Assembly: GCF_006345805.1 (NCBI RefSeq)
Contig: NC_043000.1
Span: forward strand, 137,268,001-137,332,000
DNA from: Octopus sinensis
Lineage: Eukaryota
Direction of reading: 5' to 3'
Length of the DNA stretch: 64,000 bases
Shown: piece by piece, positions 10,628 through 24,598 of the stretch
How positions within the stretch are numbered: position 1 is the stretch's first letter
Layout: each line of letters begins with the position of its first letter
Program-made: the position numbers and the translations under genes
The notes under the pieces: model-generated
The model's input: the letters and a program-made list of their open reading frames with translations, nothing else
What the model was told of the DNA's origin: nothing
The model's database searches: none

Positions 10628-11841
10628 TGATTGAAGTAGGCTAATGATCAATGATGTTCAAGTCGTGACTATCCAGTCATGTATTCATAGTGTATCGAAA
10701 ATTAAACTCCTCTAGGTTCTCATGCATGTCTCATTCCTTAAGACAGTAGTGAACTGAAAGTGATCTGACGCTACTTTCAGCAAATAGAGTAGTTGTATGT
10801 AGGCTATCGCTGTGGGTTATGAATTATTTTGTTATTTCTATCTTGTTTCGTAACACTTGATCTCAGTCTATTTTGATCTTACAGAGGGAAGAGATATATA
10901 GATTCATAGATAGACAGACATAGAGAGAGAGGGAGAGAGAGAGTTGTCAGGGGAACGAACAGGAAGTTCAAAGCTCTTCAGGAAAAAAAATATTGCATTA
11001 GGTGCTAAAGACAAAGTAATTTTTAAGATTTTATACAAAGGTTCCACGAGAACTTAGAACATCATTTGGAGAATACGTACGTCCATCTCTCAAAGAAAAG
11101 TTAACATTAAATATTACTTGCTTCATATTGAACCAATATGTGACCCTCTTTGCGGCCGCTTGAATTTCTAAAAACCGTAGCGTTTATAATATAGAACATA
11201 TCGGGAAAATGTGGTCCCTGATATATCAAAAATGTGAAAAACAGTCATGTATGTAGTGCCTTTTATCATATGTTTGCTTGATCGGCTGATCTGTGTTAAT
11301 TAATATTAAACTGTTTGATTATTCGGTAAAATTACTAAAACAGCTATGACTTAAACCTCAGCCTATCTTTGCTTTACCTTCATTCTGACTATTCGACAGG
11401 AACTATGTTAACATTAAACAAATTTAATACACGAAGCCAATCATACTGGTAATAGATTTGTTCTCTCGTATAGGTTAAGATAAATGGTAAATGGATATAC
11501 TCGTTTTCCTGCTATTTTTTTTTCTTCGCAAAATACAATATCTTACTTTGAAAAATAAATGAATAAAAAACAAAAATGAGAAATCAAACTAAGAAAATAA
11601 AATATTTTCACTGTTTTTACTATTTGTTCTCTTGTTTTATGTTTTAAATGTTTGTCTTTATTTCATTCTGAATACAATTTAGATTCGTGATCGTAATAAA
11701 TACCTGACGATAAAATCTATTACCGGAAATAAATTACATATTGTATTAGTTTATATAATACATTTTCTCCCTTTGGGGTAATTTTCGATGTTGTTGTTAT
11801 TGCTATTTTTCTCATTGCTTTTAGTAATAGTAGTATTGGCG

Positions 11842-11887
<46 letters not shown>

Positions 11888-12910
11888 AAGTAGTAAAAGT
11901 TGTTGACGTTTCTCTCTTTCTAGTACTTGCTAGCATTCTTGTATCTGATCTTACTGAAAGAAAAAAAGGTAAAAATAAAAGAAAACTTATTCATATATTC
12001 ACTGTTATTTTGATTTTTAATCCATCATGCTCTCTATCTTGTTTTATCGATTAGATAAAAAAAACAAATAAACAAAAATCAAAACAAACAAATATACAAT
12101 AATAGAAGCAATAAACACCAAAAAAACAGACGTTTTTTTTCTTTCGGTTAGAGCAACAACATTTAAGAGAACAACGGAATAACAGGGTTAAGATATATTT
12201 CGAAATAGAAGTAACAGGAAAAACTGAAAATTATATATCACTATTAAGAAAAAGAGAATGACGGAAAGAAAAAACGGCGGTGTGCAGTTCAATCTGAAAT
12301 AATGGAATCAATTACAACACTTTTATATAATAAATATAATTTTCTGGCGAAAACTATGAATGAGGGATTTATTGTTAATTTAGTTTTGAACTTGGGTGTT
12401 GTAAATCTCTTGTACAAGTGGTTGGAAATTGACACTAGTAAAAATATTATTATAAAAAGTAGAAAGTAAAATAGATATGCTATGTATGAACTATATTTAC
12501 TTATTTAATTATATTATAGTGTTTCTTTCATTGTTCCTTTCTTTTCACATCTTGACCAAGCATTGTTTGTTATGAGAGTAGGTTTGAAATCTGGAAATAC
12601 AATTTTCTCCAAAATCCAGATAAGATTTTATTCAAGAAAGCAAATTGTCCATTGAAAACATTTGAAATAATCAGCTTTAGAAACATGCTAATAACTATGA
12701 GTGAAATTTTGACTGATTGTCCGAACAAATGTGCCCATTAAGCATATAATCAATGATTCTCCAACGTTATGGACAGCTAATAGCTATAGCTTAAAACAAT
12801 CACGAAAATTAATTAAAATTTTTCAAACCTTGCTCCGTTCAATAATATGATCAGCAGATGTTCACAGTTTTCTAGGTCTTACTGTTTGTTACGTTGTTTT
12901 AGCAAATAAA

Positions 12911-13140
12911 GGCGGCGAGCTGGCAGAATCTTTAGGACGACGAGAGAAATGCATTGTGGTATTTCGTCCGCCGCTACGTTCTGAGTTCAAATTCCACCGA
13001 GGTCGAATTTGCCTTTCATCCTTTCGGGGTCGATTAAATAAGTACCAGTTACTCACTGGGGTCAGTATAATCGATTTAATCCGTTTGTCTGTCCTTGTTT
13101 GTCCCCTCTGTGTTTAGCCGCTTGTGGGTAGTAAAGAAAT
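12911..13140 (+). mobile_element. SINE type A
   Basis: Full-length match to other type A copies; B box gagttcaaattcc. Confidence 0.9.
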
Positions 13141-13743
13141 AAGTTTAGCATCAGTTCAACCCAAATCGTGTGGACCTACGATCAATGGCATTCCATCCAT
13201 TCCATGGAGAGAAGGCAATATTATCTAATATTATCTATATATAAAAGACAATGTTATCCAAAGTGTATTAAAGCACTGTGAGGTTTGGGAGAAATTTGGC
13301 TGCCATTTCTGGCCGTTTGTGGGACCACATTGCAGTTCTCTCGTTGACTTCGTTGATCATAAGCCATCTCTCACAATTGACAGACACAACATTATAATAT
13401 ATATATCACACACTTGTTTTTTGAGCGTGAAAATCCCATCTCTGAATGCCACAGGATACTATATGGATTACCTAACCAACGCAGGAACATCTACGTGGTC
13501 GCTTCACCAGCTGAAAATAGTGACCAAAACTCCCGAAGTTCTCGCCCTGTCGTTTTAAGGGGAGAAAGATCACGTTGCATAATACTCACTTAACTATTTA
13601 TAAAATGGAGTGCTATGTCAGGATGACTTTAGTAATATGTTTGCTGAATCATGGCTGACGCGGTCAAAGAACTACAAGAAGTACATTAGAATAACTTCTA
13701 AAATGTAAGACATCAGTATCATGTTCATAAGGATGGAAAGCTG

Positions 13744-14109
13744 TAGGGGCAACCGGGCCTAGTTGTTGCACCTTTTCATTTTTTTGCCTTGGCACCCATA
13801 TAAATGAACACAGCTGAAGTTACTTTTCAGATTTAATTAGTAGAACATCTCTATTTATTGTTATCAGCAGCAAAAAAAACAGAAATTACATAAGATTAAT
13901 TAGACAGGTTCTAATTAATGAGGTGGTGTCAGCTGTAACAATTTTCCCCGAGTGCGGGGTACGTTGTGACACATACTGGGGTACTTTGTTACAACTGTCG
14001 ATAAATCGGAATTATGTTAACAAACAAGTTTAAAATGAATACGTCTCCTGCTTCTTGCATCTAGAAAGTATTATTTTAATTAATTAACTGTGATTTGAAC
14101 CACCTCATA
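13744..14109 (-). mobile_element. Solo terminal fragment of the pogo-like element
   Basis: Reverse-complement homologue of 4531-4894; begins taggggcaaccgggcctagttgttgcac. Confidence 0.85.
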
Positions 14110-14989
14110 CAGAAAACAAATTTATTTTATTCCACACGGGTATAAATATAGGAAAAAGAAATTGAAAATGAACTGGGATTCGTTTAGATTTTATATTTTT
14201 GAATTCTTAAAGACTTAACTGGTCTCACAGATTCCTCTGATTTTGAATATTGAGGCAGAATGACGTGGAGCTATGCTGCAATTATCTTGCTTTAGATTGG
14301 AATTCAAAAATTGTTTTGATTTTATAGAGAACATGGCTTAAATTAGTATCTGTTTTGGATATGCTTTGATTAATCGAAGGTGATCACGTGATCAGGTTTA
14401 GAAGTTTTTGTAAATTCTCCGCTACATCCGTTCTTTAAAGTCATATGAGAATATGTTTGGCACCATTAGTTAAAGCCGTTACGGTTGCGTAAACTTGTCT
14501 TGTAAAAAATCCCTAGCAAACAAGGCTGTCTGAATTTTATCTGTCAAAATTTGTAGAGTAAGATCTCGTGATTAATAGAAATCTTCGTATGCTCCCGACT
14601 ACGTTCGTGCGTGAATATCACGTGACAATATTTTTTGTGTCGAAAATCAAGGCCGGCACGGTTGAATGAACGTGTCTAGTGACAATCGCAAAATAAGGTT
14701 CTCTAAATTTAATCCGTTGAGTGGTAGAGTGGACAAGAGTTGTTTCTATGTAGCCTAGGTACGGTTTATGTCCAAGTATGCAGAATTGGTACGGTTTGTG
14801 TCTATGTATGCAAATATCAAGTTATATGTCTTTTTTTCTAATCAGTCAACATTTCTGTACATGTAGAATCTGCCAGTTAGCAGTCATGATTATGTCCAAG
14901 TTTAGGTTGTTAGCTGAAGCAGTAGCATGGAATTGTGTGTGAATAATTTTTCGTGAATGTAGTTTGTCAAAGTCTATTCTGTCTTGGTT

Positions 14990-15560
14990 AGTATTTTTCT
15001 ATGAATATATTTTCTTTGTTTACCCATGTTTGGTCTGTGGAACTGACTGAAGAAAGGTAAAGTGGAAAGACTTGGAACTTGGGAGACTTATTTCTTGCAC
15101 ATATGTCTATGTGTTCACTAAATGGTATCTGGCATACTGGCGTCTCATATTTGTCTATGAATAGTTAGTCTATTACTAAGAGTAAGTATTGTTTGACCTA
15201 TGTAATCCTCATTATGTCCTTTACCTTTAATAGCATATATTAAATTTTTTGACAAACAGATGAAATGATTTTTACAAGGTAAAAATCTGTCCAGATTTAA
15301 ATTCATTTTTACCGTCTTCATTGAGGTTGATGCAAGTCTCACAATTAGGGCGTCCACACTTTTTGACTGTTGGTGTGGGGTTTGTAGAGGGTAATTTAAC
15401 ACTGGTGAGCAATTTCTTGAGGGATTTCAATTATCTTTTGCTTTTACTTTATTTGTATATTTCGAGTGATGGCAGAATACTCAGCACATGGAATTTTTAC
15501 TCAATGTGATGAGTCACATGCTTGGATATTCTAAAAATAGATGACTCTGTTTATATTATA
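14990..15560 (-). mobile_element. Penelope-like element linker and GIY-YIG fragment, frameshifted
   Basis: KSKR*LKSLKKLLT...KKCGRPNCETC, then in another frame FICLSKNLIYAIKGKGHNEDYIGQT...RLTIHRQ. Confidence 0.7.
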
Positions 15561-15794
15561 CATCTAAAATAAACTTCCTTTTCAAGTGATACTAAAGGCT
15601 TTGCTTTTTCCTTTTTCTATTTTTACATTATTCTGTATCTATCTGCTCAAGGAAAAGCCACTCCTAGCCGCCGCCTCTGACAGGCAGTCTGAGCACCACA
15701 CTTTCAGTTGTAGTGGAAGCCGAAGATTTCGTGGTAAACCTTACTGAGCCATACCTATTACTTTACGTCAGTTGACAGAAACTCCTCACCCATA

Positions 15795-15825
<31 letters not shown>

Positions 15826-15864
15826 CTGTCTGTCTGTATGTATGTATGTAAGCAAGTATGTACG

Positions 15865-16040
<176 letters not shown>

Positions 16041-17027
16041 ATGTATGTATGTATATATGTATGTTGTGTCTGTCATTAGCCTAAAAGCTCATTAGACGTT
16101 ATTTCTTTTCCATTGTTTACTTTCTTCCTGAATAGGAAGCTATTTCAAAGTGAATCTAAAATTGCTATTGGTACTCATTTTCAGCTGTGTTAAATGGGGC
16201 AATATGAAATAAAGTGTTTTCCATAAGAACACAACAAGCTACCTGGTGAGGGTATCGGAACCGTCAGCATTCTGACCGTGAGTCCACAGTAAGAAAAATG
16301 ACATGTGTTTATATATAAAGATGTAGTACTGCATTACCCGATGCGTTTTCCTTTTTAAAACAGCAGGGTGAGATACAAGAAAGACCTTGCATTTATTTCT
16401 AATATCTCGAGCGAGTAACGAGACACTTACTGGTTGGATCTTTATATATTTAATCAAAACCAGAGGTCAATCTAACAACAAAAATCTTATTTTTGAGAAT
16501 AAGAATCCAGCTTGGTTCTTCTTACTATTCTCAAAATTTTCAAACTCTTGTCTGCTAGCTCCCTTTAGATATATGAAGATCAGTTAGTTCATTCTTATTC
16601 CATACGCTATAAATTCCACCACCAGTAAAGGAACCTGAAGTGTGAAGGGTATAGTTAGCGCGTTGTTCACTGTGAACGTTGACATTACCTCCTTAATGAG
16701 GAATGACCTTTAAACCGGATCTCATAAAGCAGCACAATGCTGACAGCTGAATCACACTTATTCTCTGAAAACAGGACCTAGAATAGGGCAAAGTATAACA
16801 CACACACAAAGTATTTAAAGTAATGTCCGTCATAGAGCTATTGTATGCTGGAATCTGACTCTAACATTGGCTTACAATGAGCATTATTACACTTTCGACT
16901 TTGATCTATCCCAAATAGATTGTATATATGTATGTATGTATATGAGGATGTATATGAATGAATGTATGAATGTATATGTTTGCATGTGTATATATATATA
17001 ATCATATATGTATATATATATACATAC

Positions 17028-17058
<31 letters not shown>

Positions 17059-17752
17059 ATCATATATCTAGCTGACAGCTTACCCACCTATTTACCTGCA
17101 TACGCATCTCTCGTCTTTTCTCTTTCCTTCCCTTCCTGTCTTTCTCTCTCTCTTTCTCTCTATATATATACATATATACATTCACACACAGCCACAGACA
17201 CAGGCGCACACGCATAAATGTGTGTGTGTGTGCACATAGTTATAAGTGTACAGACACACACATATACATATGCAGAAACGGCGCGAGAGAAAGAGAGAGA
17301 GAGAGCCCAGGAAAGAAACAGACATAGGTGTAACAGATTAAGATAAGACACACACACGTACCCAGGCATATGCACATATAAATATAGAAGAAGCATCGAC
17401 TACAAATCCAATATAATGCGTATTATGAAAAATCAATAAATATTCACACAGACCCATATTCGTATATTTATTAAATACATATTTAGTCTCACTGTGAAAT
17501 TAACTGCAATAGTTACATAAAATAGTTTACGAGATTTTATAAAGACGAATAAACCAACTATTTCTCTCTCTCTCTTGACACTCAGAGTTCGCTTACCTTT
17601 TCTGTCTGTGCTACGGGAAGTGGATAATCTATGGCTACTCGTTAAAACTATAAAGAATTAGTGAATGACGTAATTCGTTTTTATAACGTTAAATGCATAC
17701 TTATTTGCATAATCGTTACATTATGTATTCCCTAAAATGTTGCATCAGTAAC

Positions 17753-17818
17753 ACATTGTTATTATGTGGATATGACATTGTTATTATGTGGATATGACAT
17801 TGTTATTATATGGATATA
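17753..17818. repeat. 22-bp tandem repeat, 3 copies
   Basis: acattgttattatgtggatatg x3, the third slightly variant. Confidence 0.9.
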
Positions 17819-19650
17819 CTAGATTATTTCAAGTTCTTCTTCTCGGATTTGACATGAATGTCATTCTTGCTATGTCTATCCTGCTTTTCACTCAGACATA
17901 ATGTAACCAAGATCTCATTATTCAATATGTATCTCTCTCTTTTCTGTTAGGTGTTATAGATATTTGGATGTTATTTCTTTGAGGTTAATCGATAGGCGAT
18001 TTCTTGCTCATTTAATTTCACGAAGTTACTGTTTAACTCTTGGTGTGCTATGACTGAGCAGACTTTTAATGAAAGGAGAGAAAACTATGGTTGTCTCTCT
18101 CATTTTATATCTTTGCCTAAATATATCGGAAATTTTACTACAGTTTTGATAGGTTTAACGACCACATCAGGTCTGTCTACTAGCTTGTTCTTAACTCTCA
18201 AGGAATGGAGTGTAACTTCAGTATTTATTTTGTTTTTCTTTCTCTTAATATATTTGTTCTTTAGATTCCTGTCGCTTTTCAAGTATTGTACTAATCATTT
18301 TGACCTATATACTTTATTAATGATAACCAGTACCTCCTTTGTGCTATTAGAGCCCTGTTACATGAACATATAAGAGACGACCAAAGTGTAAAGCTGCCAG
18401 GCATGCTTGCGTTTGACACAAGTCCAAAAGATAAAGTCTATCTGTTTTAAATTGCAGTCATGATTCTGCAATTATGAAATCATTTCAGCTTTAACATAGA
18501 CCTCACGAAATCTATTGCCAAATAACACAATATTAATTGGTGTTTTCAACATTAAGTAATATTTGCACCAATTTATTATTATAATCAATATTTCAGTCAC
18601 CCTATATATGCCACTCGGCTTACAGAAAAGAAACAGCGAAAATGAAGAAAATATCAGGAAAGCAAGTTAGTATTTAAATGGTCCAATGAAAATATTAGTA
18701 GAAATACTAATAAAAAACAATTGCAACCACAAGTTGTCTCTGAATGTGCTAGTTAGAGTCAATTTAGATATATCAAAAACAAAAAAATTACAACTTGAAC
18801 TTTAGAAAAGTTTTGTATAATTTCACAGTTATTTTATTAAGAAAAAAGTCGCAGAATACTGGTAAAAATCATCTGTCTCCTGGTCTGAAAACCAATTTTC
18901 CCATTCTATTACTTAAACACTTAGTGTAAGAAGACTAAGTGCATTAGCTATTATGGGTGTACGTAAATTTAAAACCAAGATAGAAAAAGATGTACGGTTG
19001 AAAAATAATTTAATTTTTATTTATTTTGAATATATTCAGCATCACGTATGTTTCAGAGACAAGCCTTGTGGGTAAAGCCTACAAAAAAAAAAAAAAAAAA
19101 AAATACTGTACATACTAATTGTCAAATATATAAAGCACAAAATTTCCAAATAATTTCCAAATGTTAATTAATGTCTGGAATTTAGTGTATAATTCAGTAA
19201 TTTTTTTTATTTGAAATTTTTATTTAGCAGCATATTTTTACAGAGACAAAAGAGAGAAAATCATGAAAATATAAAAAGTCAAATTATAGAGCAACACCAC
19301 CATCCTACCGAATTACTTCAAGAAAAAAAAAACAAAACAAAAAAAGGGGGGACAGATTAAGCAATAAAAGATGATGGGAGCAAGTAACAGGTCATACTCT
19401 CCAGTCCAAAAACGTAATGATTTTAAATGTTAGACAGAAACAATTTCTTGTACATTTCTGCCTCATTTATTGTATAACGATATCAAACTCATGTGTTGTG
19501 GATGTATATCCAATGATTTTCATTATTACTGTCTACAGCGGGTAATGAACTCACGGAGTGTCTCTCGTATGCGTGTATGTATTCATCGATGGATGGAGGG
19601 ATGTATGTAAATATGCATACATGCAGCCATGTATGAATATTCATATACTG

Positions 19651-20079
19651 TTTACTCTCTCTTTACTCTTTTACTTGTTTCAGTCATGTGACTATGGCCA
19701 TGCTGGAGCACCGCCTTTAGTCGAGCAAATCGGCACCAGGACTTATTCTTTGTTAGCCTAGTACTTATTCTATCGGTCTCTTTTGCCGAACCGCTAAGTG
19801 ACGGGGACGTAAACACACCAGCATCGGTTGTCAAGCGATGCTGGGGGGACAAACATAGACACACACATACATACACACACACACACACACATACATATAT
19901 ATATATATTCATAAATACGACGGGCTTCTTTCAGTTTCTGTTTACCAAATCCACTCACATGGTTTTGGTCGGCCCGAGGCTATAGTAGAAGACACTTCTC
20001 CAAGGTGCCACGCAGTGGGACTGAACCCGGAAGTATGTGGTTGGTAGGCAAGCTACTTACTACACAGCCACTCATACGC
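19651..20079 (-). mobile_element. tRNA-derived SINE, type B, full length
   Basis: Homologous to 49374-49785; (AAAGAGT)n-like tail and internal CA/TA tract. Confidence 0.9.
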
Positions 20080-20083
20080 TTAT

Positions 20084-20088
20084 AAAAA
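20084..20088 (-). terminator. Pol III terminator (T5) of tRNA-Thr
   Basis: TTTTT 11 nt downstream of the discriminator base on the minus strand. Confidence 0.6.
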
Positions 20089-20099
20089 TGATCTTATGT

Positions 20100-20173
20100 A
20101 GACTCCAGAGAGATTTGAACACTCGACCTCCAATTTACTAGACTGGCGCTCTAACCAACTGAGCTATGGAGCC
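20100..20173 (-). tRNA. tRNA-Thr(AGT)
   Basis: GGCTCCA/TGGAGTC acceptor stem; anticodon arm CCAGT-CT AGT AA-ATTGG; T loop TTCAAAT; T stem GAGTG/CTCTC has one T-T mismatch; T5 terminator at 20084-20088. Confidence 0.85.
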
Positions 20174-21338
20174 ATGCTATATATGTATGTTTTCATTTGA
20201 GATTTAATTAAATTTCATTTTTGTGGCATAGAGGTTGGTGGATAATCAAATGACAAGGCTCGTTTTTGTCAATTTCAAGACACATCTTGGGGTTTGTGTG
20301 TACGTGAACAGGTTTCTGTGATAGTATATGTACGAGCGTGCATTGATAAACTTGCACTTATATAATAGATGCCCACGTTCCTTTAGTACACAAGTGTGTG
20401 TGCGCCATGTGTGTTTGTTTGTCAATGAGTGTGTGCGTATCCTATATGTGCATGCGATCGTGTGTATATGTTCAGTCCATGAATCTTAAATGGACTTCAA
20501 CTATATGTATGCATGAATGTCTGTATATATGTACACGTATATATATTGGGTGAGTGCATATTAAAACTGCAATATATGTATCATTACTGAAAGAGAAAAG
20601 CAGCAATCAAACCATTCAGCAATGAGTGATGCTGTGTTGAACAAATAACTTTTTAAAGATTTACTGAATAAGTGAAACCTGCAGATTAGTCACCGCCAAA
20701 TGGAGCCGAAAGATCTAAATCATTTCATTATTTAGTCGTAAAACATCGCTATATTAAATGTTTGAAACCACAGTTTATGACACATCAAGAGGTGGCAAAT
20801 CATTTTAATAATACAATGACTAATTGTAAATAAGCTATATATTAAGTGCCTATGATTCTTATTTGGTAGATAATTAGTGCCACCTTTTTTCAGTCGGACG
20901 GCTCAGGCCATTGTCAATAGATGGCTGTAGTTGATAATGATTTATTCATTTCAGTTATCTCAAACAACACATTTATAGGGGCTAATGAGGTGAATAAGTT
21001 TAAGGTATTAGTGTAATTTGTAGATTACTCAAAAGGCAGAGGTAGATCGTTTATCGCTGATTATTGATTAAGCCACCTTTATTTGATATGTGTCCAGCAT
21101 TGCAAGACATTGGGATTTATACAAAACTTTTATGATATTGATTTCTGATATTGCCACAAGTTGACTGAATTTCTAAGGAAGAAGTAATTGATTAAATCTG
21201 ACCCGGTGTTAAAACGGTACTACATTTTAACGAACTCGGAAGGATAAAGGCTTAAAGGATAATTATTAAAATGAGGGACCAGTTTGAACTTAGCAATGTT
21301 ATTCATGCACAAACATGTACATACATATATACATACAT

Positions 21339-21373
21339 ATGATAAGGCCAAGGATGGCCGAAATCACGTGATC
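21339..21373 (+). ncRNA. Degenerate minimal hammerhead relic
   Basis: ATGATAA (for CTGATGA), GGCC-aaggat-GGCC, GAAA, TCACGTGA, TC; stem I 5' strand replaced by a (CATA)n tract. Confidence 0.45.
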
Positions 21374-22079
21374 TGGTAGTCTCGGCAGTGAGGAAGCCTG
21401 GGCAGTGTTTATATGCACCAAAAGCCCATATGAGAGATTCCTCCATAGTAACAATCGTAATATTCTCTGTTCTGACATAACTACTACCTTTAAGTGGGAA
21501 TAAATATTACCTTCGGGTAATAGTACTGCTTCTGTTGCTAATAATATTTTTTTAATAAGCCCACATACATATATGTATGTGTGTGTGTGTGTGTAGGGGG
21601 GTAGTACTGTTTTATTCGAACTAACAGGTTCAAAAGAAATTTATCAGGTCAGTTAGAACAACGCAGAGTCACGATTTTCAAAACATTTGCTGTCGGACTC
21701 ACGACATCGATATTCAGTATGTATGCATGCATACATGCATACATGCATGTATGTATGTATGTAGTATGTATGTATGTATGTATGTATGTATGCATGCATG
21801 CATGTATGCATGTATGTATGTATGTATGTATGTATGTATGCACGTCTGTCTGTCTGTCTGTCTGTCTGTATGTATGTATGTAAGTCATTATTCAGTTTTA
21901 TTTCAAGCTTTCTTGTCAATAGAGAAAGAGCTGGTTTCTAACCTAGATCCAAGGCTTCTTCATTGGAATTTCAACATCAACAGGCTATTTTTGTATGTAT
22001 GTATGTATGTATGTATGTATGTATGTATGTATGTATCTATCTATCTATCTATGTATGTATGTGCAGATATATAAGTTTT

Positions 22080-23606
22080 GTTTTATTATGTACTCTAATT
22101 AACATAATTGTATGTCTAGACAAGCTCATATATACTTAAATGATAAATGTCTGGAAAGTTTTACTCAATAGTTCAGCATAGGTATTTTCTATTTCGCTGA
22201 TCTTTAGTTTTAAGTTAACATCTGCTAGGCAGCTGATTTCCAGAACCGTACACAGTTTCCATTCTCTTATCCCCAATTGCTATATCAGGTCTATTGTGTT
22301 TATATTTTATACACGCGTTTACTGGGACATTCTGACATTCTACCAGTACTACTTTTTAGTATGAGTGGTTATGGCTTCTACTATACTGTGGATTCTTATT
22401 TATTTGGCCTCGAAGTTATCCTTTCGATGGATCTCGTTGTGCAATGTCTTAGCTACAGCATCATGTGTCATCGGTAGATAATACCGTGAGGACATTTTCG
22501 GACAACTGCTTATGATGTGGGTGACATCTTCGGTGTTAACTTCACGAAGTTTGCATCGGCTATCACATTTTGCTGCTTTTCCTGCGTCTCTGTCCCTTTT
22601 GTGCATCAAGTATTTAGTTGATATTTCCTGTTCCTGGATTGCAAACGCTTGCTCTCGAATGTGGGAGTTAGTGATCCGGTTGTTAGTCCATGATAGACTG
22701 CATTGATGATTAATGTTGCTAACATCTCGGAGCTTTTTACTAGCATATCCACAAATGGCTTTCTCCTCGTACACGCTCAACTTTTCATCTGATGATACAT
22801 TGCAGTAGAGTCGTGCAGCTTTTTGGGTATTTATTTAAGGTTATCAGACAAGGAATGCTGCTCAAGGAGCTGCTTTCTAAGTCTCATGATATTATCAGCC
22901 TTATGTAAGAATACTTGGTCAAGAGATACACTTCGACAATTGGCGATTAAAAGATATTGCTGAAGGTATATGATACGACATTCAAAAGCTGTCTGGATTG
23001 ATGTTAAGCCTCTGCCCACTTGTTTTTGTTTTAGGTAGAGGCAGTCTACGTCACTGTTGCTGTGGAAATTATGTATACTGGTTAGTATCTTTCGGGTTTT
23101 AACATCAATGGCTCGCATCTCATTAAGCATCCGATGAAGTAATCCAAATATTGGTATGAGTACTGCCACTGCAGACACATTATGGGCCACAACTTTATTG
23201 AATGCAGAAAGTTCCGAGGTCCATATTTTCTTTATTCGGCTGTAATATTCTTTAGTGGCATGTTTCTTGTTACAAAGACATCGTAAGATATGTTTTTATC
23301 CACTCCAAGGTACCTGAAACATTCCTCGTCAGATTCAGGGAAAACACGTAGGTCATTGATGGAGATGTTAGTCTGTTTTACAGTTTTCCCTATTTTCACA
23401 ACCATATAGCGACATTTATTCTGTCCAAACTCCAAACCTATATTCTTTGAGAATGTTGTAACCAGGTCAAAGCTGTTTTTCATCTCATGCATATTCTTGG
23501 CAAAGAGTTTCAAGTCATCCACAAAGAAAACCACTGTGTAATTTTGGTATTTCTGTTTCCTTGTTAACCGGTGAGATATCCTTCAGACTTCGTTAACATG
23601 AATAAC
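22080..23606 (-). mobile_element. R4/Dong-like RLE non-LTR retrotransposon fragment (RT C-terminal half, Zn knuckle, PD-(D/E)xK nuclease), pseudogenised
   Basis: FFVDDLKLFAK (RT), DVDCLYLKQKQVGRGL, C..EDVTHIISSCPK, HNRPDIAI and KLCTVLEISC across several frames. Confidence 0.85.
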
Positions 23607-23703
23607 GTATGTATGTATGTATGTATGTATGTATGTATGTATGTATGTATGTATGTATGTATGTATGTATGTATGTATGTGTGTGTGTATGTATGTATGT
23701 ATG

Positions 23704-23734
<31 letters not shown>

Positions 23735-24033
23735 GTAAGTATATATATATGTATGTATGTATGTATATATGTATGTATGTATGTATGTATATATGTATGT
23801 ATGTATGTATGCATGTATTTATGTATGTATATATGTATGCATGTATATATGTATGTATGCATGTATGTATATATGTATGTATGTATGTATGCATGTATAT
23901 ATTATGTATGTATGTATGTAGGTAGGTATGTATGTATGTATTTTGCATACATGTATGTGGTTGTATGTACATATGCATGCATACATACAAACATACACGC
24001 ACACACACATATATACTTTTAAACTTATATATC

Positions 24034-24180
24034 TTCTGTGGTAAAAAAATTGCTTCCCGACCAAAAGGCTTCGGTTTAACTCCTACTACGTAGAATCTAG
24101 GGTAGTTGTCTTCTACGATTGCGTGAGGCTGACCAAAGACTTGTGAGTGGGTTCGGTAGATGAAAACTTATAGAAGTCCG

Positions 24181-24246
<66 letters not shown>

Positions 24247-24598
24247 GTCTGTTTGTCTGTCTGTGTGTCTGTCTGTGTGTCTGTCTGTGTGTCCGTCTTT
24301 GTGTCTGTCTGTCTGTACATCCGTCCGTCTGCTTGTCTGTCTGTATATATGTATGAGTATATATATATATATATATATCATATATCTGTGTGTGTGTGTG
24401 TGTGTGTTTGAATTTGTTCCCACCAGTGCTCAACAATCGGTTTTGGTTTGTTTACGTCTCCATAACTTAGCGACCAACAGAATAAATACGAGGCTAAAAT
24501 AATAAGTACTGGGGACTATCTATTCGGCTGATCCCTGCGAAGTAGTACTCCAACAGAGCCACAATCCAACTGACTAAAAATGCAGAGGATAAAAGATG
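24034..24598 (+). mobile_element. Old SINE type B with an expanded internal compound microsatellite
   Basis: Head ctgtggtaaaaaaattgcttccc...ccaaagacttgtgagtgg, about 230 bp of TCTA/TCTG/TA/TG, then the 3' part ...cttagcgaccaacagaataaatac. Confidence 0.6.

Noticed and set aside
11696-11747. AATAC-CTGACGA...GAAA...TT-GTATT hammerhead-like string
   Set aside because: Stem II lacks a closing pair and the stems are short and AT-only, compatible with chance.
16240-16790. Several splice-like signals on the minus strand in unique sequence
   Set aside because: No combination gave a coherent open, recognisable exon chain.
17900-18400. DRPDVVVKP motif suggesting an RLE or Penelope RT relic
   Set aside because: A single short motif with ambiguous clade assignment; surrounding frames do not support it.
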